DNA from: Mobula hypostoma
Taxonomy: Eukaryota
NCBI RefSeq assembly: GCF_963921235.1
Contig: NC_086118.1
Span: 18,416,001 to 18,480,000, forward strand
Length of the DNA: 64,000 nucleotides
Direction: 5' to 3'
The stretch's first letter is position 1. Every line of letters starts with the position of its first letter. The position numbers and the translations under genes are program-made. Below the pieces are notes generated by a model. That model made no database searches and had not been told where the DNA came from. It saw nothing but the letters and a program-made list of their open reading frames with translations. Shown here one piece after another: positions 11,420-23,200 of this stretch.

Positions 11420-11680
11420 CTGTTTGCAGGGTTGTTTGCTGAGGCTGGAGGTTAGGTCACAAATGTTTCGTCACCAGTCAAGGTGACATCATCGGTGCAC
11501 TATTGAGTGTGGTTTCTGCTGAGTGCTTGCATTTATATTAGTCCAACTCCTTGTTCTGATTGTTTGGCTGTTATGCTGGCCACTAGTCTTCACTGGGTCC
11601 CGGACAACCAGACAGTTGAGTGATCTCTGTCGGCCTATATCCCTGATTATCGGTCTGGTAAACATTTATCATTCAATTCT
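11420..11680 (-). mobile_element. 3' end of a second PLE family with a degenerate hammerhead motif (11456-11500)
   Basis: Minus strand gtgca-CCGATGA-t-GTCACC-ttgact-GGTGAC-GAAA-CA-TT-tgtg: perfect 6-bp stem II between near-canonical core boxes. Confidence 0.6.
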
Positions 11681-11709
11681 AACTATTAATGATAGATTAA
11701 CTCAGCATT

Positions 11710-12615
11710 TCCTCCAAGAGGACCACAACCTTGTCATAGGGTTTGGAGGCTCGCGTGCCTCAATGACCTGGAGCTATGTTGGCTGGAATCAGGGCCTTGT
11801 ACTTTGGCTCTTCGTAGGCTCACCCATGCTAAACAGGCCAAAGAGTAGCGGCTAGACTGAGAGTGGTCCACTGGTCCTCCAGGTTCGGGGGTTCAGCTCA
11901 GGGCTAGCAACCATGACTGGTCAAAAAACAATTGTTACAGAAATTGAGCAGCTGCATCACTGCCTGGTTTGGAAATCGCTCCATCTCGGATCGCAAGACC
12001 CTACAGCGGATTGTGAGGTCAGTTGAGAAGATCATCGGGGTCTCTCTTCCCGCCATTACAGACATTTACACCACAGGCTGCACCCGTAAAGCAAACAGCA
12101 TTATGAAGGACCCCACGCACCCCTCATACAAACTCTTCTCCCTTCTGCCATCTGGCAAAAGGCACCGAAGCATTCGGGCTCTCACGACCAGACTACGTAA
12201 CAGTTTCTTCCCCCAAGCCATCAGACTCCTCAATACCCAGAGCCTGGACTGATACCAACCTACTGCCCTCTTCTGTGCCTGCCGTCTTGTTTATTATTTA
12301 TCGTAATGCCTGCACTGTTTTGTGCACTTTATGCAGTCCTGGGTAGGTCTGTAGTCTAGTGTAGTTTTGTGCTGTTTTACATAGTTCAGTGTAGTTTTTG
12401 TATTGTTCATGTAGCACCATGGTCCTGAAAAACGTTGTCTCATTTTTACTGTGTACTGTACTAGCAGTTATGGTCGAAATGACAATAAAAAGTGACTTGA
12501 CTTGACTTGACTTGAAATAGCAATGAAGAATCGTTCTACGCAGAGAGAGATGAAGGATCCTCATTGCCACTCTAGATGCCAGCAAAAATTGGCGTACTAG
12601 GCAGTAAGTAAGTAA
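11710..12615 (+). mobile_element. RTE-derived non-autonomous element with (AGTA)n tail, interrupted by a Rex1 insertion
   Basis: ggaccacaaccttgtc...agctatg...gtggtccactgg...gggggttcagctcagggctagcaacc are RTE/BovB-like 5'-UTR motifs. The element resumes at 12514 and ends cagtaagtaagtaa. Confidence 0.6.
11945..12513 (+). mobile_element. Rex1/Babar-type LINE 3' fragment with (GACTT)n tail
   Basis: [14 protein letters not shown]...DRKTLQRIVRS...DPTHP...FSLLPSGKR...RLRNSFFPQAIRLLN and tail gacttgacttgacttg. Short flanking repeat GAAAT. Confidence 0.88.
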
Positions 12616-14436
12616 CTTAGCATTTATCTTATTATTGGTTCATCACAATTATGTTATAAAGTGGTAGTTTACTGCTCTTCAGAGATCCAGTTCTATGGAA
12701 GCCTGTTTTAGAAATGCAGCACCCAGTAGTGCGTTTAGTGCCAATAAACCAGAATAAGTTTCTACATCAGCCGCATCAAAAGTATGATACACACTCACTA
12801 CTGCACTGCTGTAGACAGTAAGATTCCAATAACCTGTGTCTGACCAATCAGAGACCTTGTTGTTGTGGCATCTGGCTTATCAAATGCTGTTTCCTGGACT
12901 CCTGCAAAAATTACTAGTGCCCGGCCCCTGCTCCCTTGAAACTCATCTGATTCTCACATATTCTTGAAACTCACCAGGGCTCTCAATCTCATGCTCCTGT
13001 AAAACTCACAGCGGTCCTAGTAACAGTGATTACTTGAAATTGACTGGGGCCTTGGATTCCATGATCCATTCAACCTTTGAAACATCACTGGAAAATTTAT
13101 TATACTACAAAAGCAAAGTGAATTTAAAGTGTGCTGGAGTGTTAATATGAATAACATCCAATAGCCAGGAAAATTTGGCACTCCAGTATCCCAGTGTCCT
13201 AAACATGCCAGACTATCATAGTTTTACTGTAACTGGGCTTTGTCCTCAAGTCCAGGAGTGGTACTTAAATCCAGGAGTATCTTCCTTCTCTTTATTTATA
13301 ATATCGTAAGTGGTTACCATCATCTGATTATGCTCTGTTGGATCTTTCAATTCATTTTCATGAAGTGGATGTTACGTCCTTCATATTGATTAATAAGTTT
13401 CCTTCCTACACTTAATTGGTTTTCCACAAACATTGCTGTTCCATTGGGATTTAGGTCTGTTCAGTGTTCTTAGTGTTGAAAAAATATCTCTATTGTGCAT
13501 AATATTGCAGAGGTAAACTTAAAATTAATATACTACTGGAGCATGTCTTCCAACATTACCCCTGCTCCTCTCCCCTATGTGGTGCAACCTGCCTGTCATC
13601 TTACACCTCTCCTCAAACCATCAATCACTTTGGAATCTTTTCTGACCACACCCCTTCTCCTCTTTCTACAGGCCATCTTGCCCCTCTGCTCTCAGTCGTT
13701 GTGTATGGTTTCGAACTGAAATGCGGACAATTCCTCCCACGGATGCTGCTCAACCTTGTGTAAAACAGCTTTAGTTTAGTTTTACTCTAACTCTTTTTAT
13801 TCCACCTCTGGGCAGTCTGATGCAGTTGATTACAATAACTTCTATTTGTTGAAACCTGGAATTACAATTGGAAGCAATAAATGAATATACAGAGGGGAAG
13901 GATGCTGTGCCAAAATTAATTTGTGATTTTCAACGTGGTGGTCCCAGTTTGCTAACATTTGGAGGCATAATTCACTGCTAAAACTTTTTCTCTTAGGTCA
14001 ACAAACCTCATATAATTGTAAGAGCAGCAATGCTGAGTCTGTGTGTCATATACCAACGTTACATGAAAAACGTTACATCTAGCTACATCTAACTAGATTT
14101 TACCAGCTGGTATCATTAGGACAAAAAATGTTTCATTAACACCCTGACATCTGATAGATAGACACACAAGTGTCGACCTTTTCCCTCTCATGCAGCCTGG
14201 TGTACATGTGATCTAGTTATCAAGCTGTATTTCTTGGTTATGTCAACGTAATATCAAAGTATGCTCTGACTTCACTTGCAAGCAGAAGAATTCTCAACAT
14301 TTAAAGGTCAAGATTTGGTATAAACATAGCTTAGAGTTGCCTAAGTTCATGTATATATATCATGTAATATTGGAAGATCCATAATTGTTTTGAGAAGATA
14401 CCATATGCTCGGACATGATGAGATAACTATTAGACG

Positions 14437-14927
14437 CTTCACTAAAATGCTTCTATAGGTGTGTAGTGGAGAGTGTATTGACTGGCTGCATCATGGACTG
14501 GTATGGAAACACCAATGCCTTTGAATGGATCATCCTACAAAAGGTAGTGGATTCAGCCCAGTACATCACAGGTTAAACCCTCCCAACAATTAGGCACATC
14601 TGCATGAAACCCAGTCGAAGGGAAGCAGCATCCATCATCAGAGATCTCCACTACCCAGGCCATGCTCTCTTCTTGCTGCTGCCATCAGGTAGAAGAGCGT
14701 CAGGACTTGCACCATCAGGTTCAAGAACGGTAACTACCCCTCAGCCATCAGGCTCTTGTATAAAATAACTCCACTCACTTGCCCCATCATTGAGATTTCC
14801 CACAATCAATTATCTCATTTTAAGGACTTTTTGTCTTGTAATTTCATGTTCTCATTATTTATTGCTATTTATGTATATTTGCATTTGCACGGTTTGTTGC
14901 CTTCTGCACTCTGGTTGATCCTGTTAT
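14437..14927 (+). mobile_element. Rex1/Babar-type LINE 3' fragment
   Basis: tctataggtgtgtagtggagagtgtattgactggctgcatca...ctgctgccatcaggtagaag; same family as 22617 and 42500. Confidence 0.75.
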
Positions 14928-15625
14928 AGAAACATAGAAAACCTACAGCACAATACAGGCCCTTTGGCCCACAATTCTGTGCCGAACATGTCCTTGGCTA
15001 AGAAATTACCTAAGGTTACCCATAGCCCTATTGTCTATTGTCTATTGTCTATTGCTCTCTATTTTTCTCAGCTCCATGTACCTGTCCAGGGGGTCTCTTA
15101 AAAGACCCTATCGTATTCGTCTCCACCACCACCGCTGGCAGCCCATTCCACACACTCACCACTCTCTGCATAAAAAACTTACCGCTGACATCTTCTCTGT
15201 ACCTACCTCCAAGCACCTTAAAACTATGCCCTCTCACGCTAGCCATTTCAGCCCTGGGAAAAAGCCTCTGACTATCCACACGATCAATGTCTCTCAACAT
15301 CTTATACATCTCTATCAGGTCACCTCTCATTCTCTGTTGCTCCAAGAAAAAAAGGCTGAGTTCACCCAACATATTCTCATAAGGAATGCTCCCCAATCCA
15401 GGCAACATCCTTGTGAATCTCCTCTGCACCCTTTCAATGGTTTCCACATCTTTCCTGTAGTGAGGCAACCAGAACTGAACACAGTTCTCCAAGTGGGCTG
15501 ACCAGGGTCCTATACAGCTGCAACATTACCTCTCAGCTCCTAAACTCAAACCCATGACTGATGAAGACCAATGTACCGTATGCTTTCTTAACCGCAGAGT
15601 CAACCTGTGTAGCAGCCTTGAGCGT
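14928..15625 (-). mobile_element. CR1 LINE 3' fragment
   Basis: ORF CVQFWLPHYRKDVETIERVQRRFTRMLPG...MRGDLIE...RGHSFK; tail atagaaacatagaaa. Confidence 0.9.
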
Positions 15626-17277
15626 CAATAGACAAGAGACAATAGACAATAGGTGCAGGAGTAGGCTATTCAGCCCTTTGAGCCAGCACCGCCATTCACT
15701 GTGATCATGGCTGATCATCCACAATCAGTACCCTTTTCCTGCCTTCTCCCCATATCCCTTCACTTGCTATCTTTAAGAGCTCTATCTAACTCTTTCTTGA
15801 AAGAATCCAGAGAGTTGGCCTCCACAGAACCAAAACACTCTGTGTGAAAAAGTTTTTCCTCAACTCCGTTCTAAATGGTCTACCCCTTATTCTTAAACTG
15901 TGGCCTCTGGTTCTGGACTCCCCCAACATCGGGAACATGTTTCCTGCCTCTAGCATGTCCAATCCCTTAATAATCTTATATGTTTCAATTAGATCCCCTC
16001 TCATCCTTCTAAATTCCAGTGTATACAAGCCCAGTCGCTCCAATCTTTCAACATATGACAGTCACGCCGTCCCAGGAATTAACCTCGTGAACCTATGCTG
16101 CACTCCCTCAATAGCTAGAATGTCCTTTCTCAAATTTTGAGACCAAAACTGTACATAATACTCCAGGTGTGGTCTCACCAGAGCCCTGTACAACTGTAGG
16201 AGGACCTCTTTACTCCTATACTCAACTCCCCTTGTTATGAAGGCCAGCATGCCATTAGCTTTCTTCACTGCCTGCTGTACCTGCCTGCTTACTTTCAGTG
16301 ACTGATGAACAAGGACACCCAGATCTCATTGTACTTCCCCTTTTCCTAACTTGACACCATTCAGATAGTAATCTGCCTTCCTGTTCTTGCCTCCAAAGTA
16401 GATATTCTCACATTTATCCACATTAAACTGCATCTGCCATGCATCTGCCCACTCACCCAACCTGTCCAAGTCATTCTGTATTCCCATAACATCCTCCTCA
16501 CATTTCACATTGCCACCCAGCTTTGTGTCATCTGCAAATTTGCTAATGTTACTTTGAATTCCTTCATCTAAATCATTAATGTATATTGTAAATAGCTGTG
16601 GTCCCAGCACCGAGCCTTGCGGTACCCCACTAGTCACTGCCTGCCATTCTGAAAAGGACCCATTAATCCCTACTCTTTGTTTCCCGTCTGCCAAACCAAT
16701 TTTCTATCCAGGTCAGTACTCTGCCCCCAATACCATTTGCTCTAGTTTTGCCCACTAACCTCCTATGTGGGACCTTATCAAAGGCTTTCTGAAAGTCCAG
16801 GTACACGACATCCACTGGCTTTCCCATGTCCATTTTCATAGTTACATTTTCAAAAAATTCCAGAAGATTAGTCAAACATGATTTCCCCTTCATAAATCGA
16901 TGCTGACTCAGACCTATCCTGCTACTGCTATCCAAATACGCCACTATTTCATCTTTTATAATTGATTCCAGCATCTTCCCCATCACTGATGTCAGAATAA
17001 CTAGTCTATAATTGCCTGTTTTCTCGCTCCCTCCTTTCTTAAAAAGTGGGATAACATTAGCTACCCTCCAATCCGCAGGAACTGATCCTGAATCTATAGA
17101 ACATTGGAAAATGATTACCAATGCGTCCACGATTTCTAGAGCCACCTCCTTAAGTACCCTGGGATGCAGACCATCAGGCCCTGGGGATTTATCAGCCTTC
17201 AGTCCCATCAGTTTACTCAACACCGTTTTCTGCCTGACGCAAATTTCCTTCAGTTCCTCTGTTACCCTAGGTCCTCT
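15626..17277 (-). mobile_element. CR1 LINE (RT domain to 3' end), second subfamily
   Basis: [51 protein letters not shown]; tail (caataga)n. Confidence 0.93.
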
Positions 17278-17822
17278 GATGTTCCCATTCTGATATGTCT
17301 ATCCACAGCCTCCTCTACTGTAAAGATGAAGCCACACTCAGGTTGGAGGAACAACACCTCGTATTCCGTCTGTGTAGCCTCCAACTTGATGGCATGAACA
17401 TTGACTTCTCAAACTTCCGCTAATGCCCCACCAACCCCTCGTACCCCATCCATTATTTATTTATATACACACATTCTTTTTCTCTCTCTCCTTTTTCCCC
17501 CTCTGACCCTCTCACTATACCCCTTACCCATCCTCTGGGTTTTCCCCCCTCCCCCTTTTCTTTCTCCCTAGGCGTCCTGTCCTATGATCCTCTCATATCC
17601 CTTTTGCCAATCAACTGCCCAGCTCTTGGCTCCATCCCTCCCCCTCCTGTCTTCTCCTATCATTTTGGATCTCCCCCTCCCCCTCCTGCTTTCAAATCTC
17701 TTACTAGCTCTTCTTTCAGTGAGTCCTTTCGAAGGGTCTTGGCCCAAAACGTCGACTGTACCTCTTCCTAGAGATACTGCCTGGCTTGCTGCGCTCACCA
17801 GCAACATTTATGTGTGTTGCTT
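17278..17822 (+). mobile_element. PLE 3' fragment (endonuclease end, C/T-rich UTR, mutated hammerhead) inside CR1 sequence
   Basis: Collinear with 6360-6895. The hammerhead site reads AGTC-CTTTCGA-AGGGtcttggCCC-AAAA-CGTC-GACT near 17722-17757. Confidence 0.88.
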
Positions 17823-19510
17823 ATCCCCTTGCTCTTCACATACTGTAGAATGCTTTGGGGTTTTCTTTAATCTTGTCCACCAAGCCTTCTCATGGCCCCT
17901 TCTAGCTCTCCTAATTTCTTTCTTAAGCTCTTTCCTGCTAGCCTTATAATCTTCTAGATCTCTATCATTACCTGGTTTTTTGAACGTTTCGTAAGCTCTT
18001 CTTTTCTTCTTGACTAGATTTACTACAGCCTTTGTACACCACGGTTCCTGTACCCTACCATCCTTTCCCTGTCTCATTGGAATGTACCTATGTAGAACTC
18101 CACGTAAATACCTGCTGAACATTTGCCACATTGTTTCCATGCATTTCCCTAAGAATATCTGTTCCCAATTTATGCTTCCATCTTCCTGCCTGATAGCCTC
18201 ATATTTCCCCTTACTTCAATTAAACACTTTCCTAACTTGTCTGTTCCTATCCCTCTCCAATGCTATGGTAAAGGAGATAGAATTGTGATCACTATATCCA
18301 AAATGCTCTCCCACAGAGAGATCTGACACCTGACCAGGTTCATTTCCCAATACCAGATCAAGTACAGCCCCTCCTCTTGTAGGTTTATCTGCATATTATG
18401 TCAAGAAACTTTCCTGAACACACCTAACAAATTCCACCCCATCTAGATCCCTCACTCTAGGGAGATGCCAATCGATAATTGGGCAATTAAAATCTCCCAC
18501 CACGACAACCCTGTTATTATTACACCTTTCCAGAATCTGTCTCCCTATCTGCTCCTCGATTTCCCTGTTACTATAGGGTGGTCTATAAAAAACACCCAGT
18601 AGAGTTATTGACCCCTTCCTGTTCCTAACTTCCGCTCACAGAGGCTCTGTAGACAATCTATCCATGTCTTCCTCCTTTTCTGCAGCCGTGACCCTATCTA
18701 TGATCAACAGGGCCACACCCCCACTTCTTCTGCCTCCCTCCCTGTCCTTTCTGAAACATCTGAAGCCTGGCACTTGGGAAGTAACCATTCCTGCCCCTGA
18801 GCCATCCAAGTCTCTGTAATGGCCACAACATCATAGCTCCAAGTACTGATCCACGATTTAAGCTCATCCGCTTTGTTCATAATACTCCTTACGTTAAAAT
18901 AGACACATCTCAAACCATCGGTCTGAGCATGTCCCTTCTCTATCACCTGCCTATCCCCCCTTTTGCACTGTCTCCAAGCTTTCTCTATTTGTGAGCCAAC
19001 CACCTCTTCATTCGTCTCTTCAGTTTGGTTCCTAACCCCCAGCCGTCCGAGTTTAAACTCTCCCCAGTAGCCTTAGAAAACCTCCCCGCCAGGATATTGG
19101 ACCCGTCCTCCCCTATTGCAACCCGTATTTTTTGTACAGGTCACTCCTGCCCCAAAAGAGGTCCCAATGATCCAGAAATATGAATTCCTGGCCTGTGCTC
19201 CAATCCCTCAGCAACACATTTATCCTCCACCTCACTCTATTCCTATACTCACTGTCACGTGGCACCAGCAGTAATGCCGAGATTATTACCTTTGTGGTCC
19301 TGCTTCTCATCTTCCATCCTAACTCCCTGTAGTCTGCTTTCAGGACCTCCTCTCTTTTCCTGCCTGTGTTGTTGGTACCAATATGTACCACAACTTCTGG
19401 CTGTTCTCCTTCCCACTTCAGGATATTGTGGACGTGATCAGAAACATCCCGGACCCTGGCACCTGGGAGGCAAACTACCATTCATGCTTCTTTCCTGCGT
19501 CCAAAGAATC
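17823..19510 (-). mobile_element. CR1 LINE 5' part: ORF1 SGNH-esterase-like domain and ORF2 APE endonuclease
   Basis: ORF1 CLPGARVRDV...VVVHIGTN; ORF2 start LRCVYFNVRSIMNKADEL...DVVAITETW; linker ELKKEIRRARRGHEK. Confidence 0.88.
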
Positions 19511-20209
19511 ACCACAGTATAGTTACTGTTCTTTAGATTTGCCGAGTACGCCCACAGGAAAATGAATCTCAGGGTTGTATATGTATTTCGATCATAAAAT
19601 TTACTTTGAAATTTCAGCTTTATAATGGTTTGAAAATATTTGCAAGAAAGTGTAGAGCAATTGTTTGCAAGAGCTGTAGAAGCTGAAGATCTTAAATTAC
19701 ATGCCACAAATCTGAAATGTTGACTGCTTTTCTTTATGCACATGCTGCCAAACTTTTCTTGCAATTTCTGTTTTTGTTTACAATTATATAGTGGTTCAGA
19801 GTTGTGGACACTGATTGTGCAAACCGATATGAATGCATTTTATTAGTCTGACAAAGTTTTAACATCGATAGCAACAGTATCTCAGCTTTGATGAAGACTT
19901 TTCGGTGGGATAGTTCAGGCTTGCTGAGTGATCATGGATCAGCTGACTATTATGCACCCACCAAATCTTTTTCCAGTTGAAGTCAACAGATATTGGGCGG
20001 GATATATAATGACCAAGCAATGATAGCTGATGCATTATATGTGGAGAATGTTGTAATCCAATTGAATCTACTGTATATTTATTTTAGGTTAAATAAATAA
20101 ATTGTGATCGCATAGAGATGTACAATTTTTTTTGTTGTTTGATAGGGTAGAGTTGATATTTCCCCTGGCTGAGGATTTTCATGACAGAGGTCAATAGATC
20201 AGCAGATTG

Positions 20210-20830
20210 TTTGTTGCTAGCGTACTTACCAGCTCTGTGTTCACACTTATCACCCTCCAGCAGCTGTCTGTGACTTCACCCTCCCCTCTGCCCACCTGAT
20301 TTAACCTGCCCATCTTTAATTTTCCCTCTTTGCTTCCTCCTATCACCCACCTGCCTCTGTCTTCCAGCTCCATACTTCCCTGCTTCAATAACAGTTTCTG
20401 TCATCCTTGGCCCCTCCTCAATCTACCTATTCCCTATCAATCCTGGTTCCACTCCTCTAGCCCTCCACTCTCCTCTGTATGTGGGCTATCTTCCCTCTCC
20501 ATTCTTAGTCCTGATGCAGGGTTTCAACCTGAAATATTGACAATTTTGCTCCCCCCACAGATGCTGCTTAATTGTTCTGGCAAAGTTTTTACTGCTGCGG
20601 ATTCTAACATCTGCAGGCACTTGTCTATCTTCATCCTTTTATCCTGACAGTTCAGCAAAGAGCATCACAACCCATAAATATCTTTGGAAACTCATGCAAT
20701 ATCAACACGTAAAGCAGGTGTTTTGTGTTTAAGCATTATGAACATAAGTTGGCTTCTTCCCACTTCCTTTCCAGTCCAGAGGAAGGGTCTCGGCCTAAAG
20801 CATCAACTGTTTATTCCTTTCTACCTAGCC
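20210..20830 (+). mobile_element. Two degenerate PLE 3' ends with decayed hammerhead motifs
   Basis: C/T-rich tract followed by ttagtcCTGATGCagggtttcaacctGAAAtattgac (~20505-20541) and cagtcCAGAGGAagggtctcggcctAAAGcatcaactg (~20772-20809). Confidence 0.6.
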
Positions 20831-21039
20831 CATAAGCAATGTGTTGCCCATAAGTAATAATCAACGATATACATTTGAGGGATGAACGTGAGCCACACCA
20901 CTCTTCTGCACTCTTTCAAAAATACATGCCCTGACCTTAAGTTTTGCATACTTGCTTCCAAATGCTTCCTGAATTTTGTATCCTTTGCCTGCATTGCTTT
21001 CTCACTGATTTATTTACTTATTTTTATTTAGAGATACAG

Positions 21040-21578
21040 TGAATAGGCCATCTAGCCCTATGAGCCGCGTCACCCCAGCAGCCTCTGATTCAACCCTAGG
21101 TTAACCATGGGACAATTTAATGATGATCATGATGATGATGATGATGATGACGACGTCGACTCAGACCTGAGAGGCCTGCGTCAGGCATTTTCATGCCTTA
21201 CAAGGCGCAGTTCGAAAGGCTGTGTGGGTTGCCACTCCTCGCACAGACACTTCACAGTATTATTGTACGAGGCCGAGTTGCAAGCTCGACATCAACCTGG
21301 CATGGATGGAGAGCGCGCACGGGGGCGGTCTGTCACTGGATTGAACGCAGGAACCTCCGTTCTCGAGCCCGGCGCTGATCTCACTGCGGCACCAACCGAC
21401 CTGACAATTTAGAAAGACCAATTAACCTTCCAAACAGTACAACTTTAGACTGTGGGAGGAAACTGGAGCACCCAGAGAAAATCCACACATTCCACAGGGA
21501 GGATGTCCAGTCTGCTTATATATGAGGTCAGAATTGAACTCTGAACTCTGACACCCCGACAATGGTACGGTGGCACCC
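21040..21578 (-). mobile_element. Old tRNA-derived SINE (host of a younger SINE)
   Basis: gactgtgggaggaaactggagcacccagagaaaatccac...gaattgaactc is the reverse complement of a common vertebrate SINE body and B box. Confidence 0.6.
21120..21402 (-). mobile_element. Young tRNA-derived SINE with (ATC)n tail and 9-bp TSD
   Basis: Minus-strand 5' end GGTCGGTTGGTGCCGCAGTGAG (A box-like) ... GTTCAATCC (B box). CpG-rich. GACAATTTA at 21111-21119 and 21403-21411. Confidence 0.85.
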
Positions 21579-22109
21579 AGTTCAATCTGATCTGAGAACT
21601 ACTTGTACACAGTCCTCAGATCTAATCATTCCATCACTGCTAATCATACTCTCAGCTGTTTGCTGTCTGGGCTCTAACAATCATTCCTTAAACCTCTCCA
21701 CCTTTTCACATTCACTTCTTCATTCCAGAGGCTCTTTAAAATATGCTTCTTCCACAAGCTTTTGTATACATTCTCTTTTGTGTCCCTTTATGTGGTTCAG
21801 TCTCAATTTTTATGTAAAATGTCTTGAGACATATATTACAATGTTTTAGTATATTAAACACAAGTCATTGTTATTGCTGACCTTTTACTGATTTCCCATT
21901 TTTAAAACTCGTCTGAGAGATGATAAGTCCTGTGATGTGGCAGCCCCCGAAGTGCAAACCCAGACTATGCCAACACCTACAGTGTATCCTGGAACCACAG
22001 TTAAGGTGAATCTTTCCCTGCTGACATGCTCATTAAAAATACTTGAATGCGTTCCTTCTGGAGAACACAATCAAAATTTCTGTTAAAGAAAATAACACTA
22101 ATCCATAGT

Positions 22110-22310
22110 AACACACATGAAGTGCCGGAGGAACTCGCCATTTCAGGCAGCATCTACCGAGAGGAATCTATGGACAGCTTTGATGAAGCGTCGCGGCCCA
22201 AAATGTCAACTCCTCTCCATAGATGCTTCTCTTGACCTCCTGCGTTCCTGCGGCATTTTGTGTGTGTATTACTATGGATTTCCAGCATCCGCAGAATCTC
22301 TTGTGTTTAT
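22110..22310. mobile_element. Miniature inverted PLE-derived element
   Basis: Left arm acacacatgaagtgccggaggaactc...gcagcatcta is the reverse complement of the right arm. Central degenerate hammerhead ttGATGAagcgtcgcggcccAAAAtgtcaact. Imperfect flanking repeat aacactaatccat / aacgctgatccat. Confidence 0.7.
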
Positions 22311-22616
22311 AAAACGCTGATCCATCAGGGCTAGTTATTTATGGTACAATATATAATACTTACCAAAAAAAGTAGGGACTTTATTTGTTGTAGGTACTAA
22401 TTTCAATGATGTTACTGGATTAAAAGAAGTAGAATACCTGAGTTTCAAGGCTTAACTGCAAAATGATCCAACTGTGGCAGAATACTTAATTTTTTAGTTC
22501 AAAATTGATTCATAATCAATATTTTTAAATGCATAGAATTACAGATCTGAACGTTAAATTTAAAATGTTCTCAAAACTTGAAAGTAATTCTATGACACAT
22601 GAAAGTAACTCTATTG

Positions 22617-23200
22617 CATGTTCATATCGACTGGCTGCATTACAGCCTGCTATAGAAACACTAATGCCCTTGAACGAAAAGTCATACAAAGAGAAGTGCA
22701 TGTGGCCCAGCCCACAAAACGCTCTCACATGAAAAGAGCATCCATCATCAGGGACCCCCACTACCCAGGCTGTGCTCTCTTCTTGCTGCTGCAATCAGGA
22801 AGAAGGTATAGGAGGCTCAGGACTCACACCACCAGTTTCAGGAAGAGCTATTAACATCAGGCTCTTGAACCAGAGGGGATAACTTCACTCAAGTTCTCTG
22901 GCCTCATCATTGAAATGTCCCCATAACCTATGGACTCACTTTCAAGAACTCCTCATCTCATGTCCTCGATATCTATCTATCTATCTACCTATTTCTTTCT
23001 TTCTTTCTTTATTTCTTTTTATATTTGTACAGCTTATTGTCTTTTGCACACTGGTGGAACACCCAAATTTGTGCGGTCTTTCATTGATTCTGTTATGGTT
23101 ATAATTCTACGGATTTATTGAACGTGCCCACAAAAATATAACTCAGGGTTGTATATGGTGACATATATATATACTTTGATAATTACATAGAACTTTGAAT
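22617..23200 (+). mobile_element. Rex1/Babar-type LINE 3' fragment
   Basis: TGCITA...ASIIRDPHYPG...LLQSGRRYRRLRTHTTSFRKSY; tail ctcagggttgtatatggtgacat. Confidence 0.78.

Noticed and set aside
21330..21402. tRNA gene
   Set aside because: A/B boxes are present, but the sequence continues into a SINE body, tail and TSD with no convincing cloverleaf.
21107..21412. 101-aa ORF with a poly-Asp run
   Set aside because: Antisense reading of the SINE and its (ATC)n tail.
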